Origin: Clostridia bacterium | GTDB taxonomy: Bacteria; Bacillota; Clostridia; CAKSNL01; HGM11501 | DNA: 34,345 bases | Assembly: GCA_045545475.1 (NCBI GenBank) | Contig: JAZQAZ010000026.1 | Span: forward strand, 1 to 34,345 | Reading direction: 5' to 3' | In this document: positions 34,331 to 34,345 of the stretch, piece after piece | Position numbering within the stretch: position 1 is the stretch's first letter | How the letters are laid out: the number at the start of each line of letters is the position of its first letter | Position numbers and translations under genes: made by a program | Notes under the pieces: model-generated | What the model was told of the DNA's origin: nothing | What the model saw: only the letters and a program-made list of their open reading frames with translations | The model's database searches: none

Positions 34331-34345
34331 AAATATCCCTCCTAC

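Overview
A low-GC Bacillota (Clostridia-like) chromosomal window with consensus sigma-A promoters and GGAGG-type RBSs. It holds about 32 CDS, mostly small, separately regulated carbohydrate-catabolism modules. These are a class II aldolase, a GH78, a DUF4838 protein, two AraC-controlled oxidoreductase/aldolase units, a ROK-linked Zn-ADH/FGGY kinase/double MtlD-like operon, a LacI-controlled SDR plus split transketolase operon, and two beta-helix proteins. Membrane genes include DUF1538 with a double P-II protein, NhaC, ZIP, CPBP and YgjV-like. I saw no rRNA, tRNA, CRISPR array, transposase or integrase. Four things stand out. (1) A single AT-rich lipoprotein-like gene is enclosed by 25-bp inverted repeats (16817-16841 / 17492-17516), with its strong promoter outside the repeats, next to an orphan barstar gene; this is a candidate invertible or exchangeable cassette. 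(2) An FBA-type aldolase has a C-terminal tail resembling a microcompartment encapsulation peptide, although no shell genes are nearby. (3) Two tandem non-canonical MtlD paralogues suggest a redox-relay sugar-phosphate pathway. (4) A four-copy AAAAAGAGGA...TCCTCTTTTT hairpin repeat family sits at gene ends. All functional calls come from motifs read by eye; no database searches were run.
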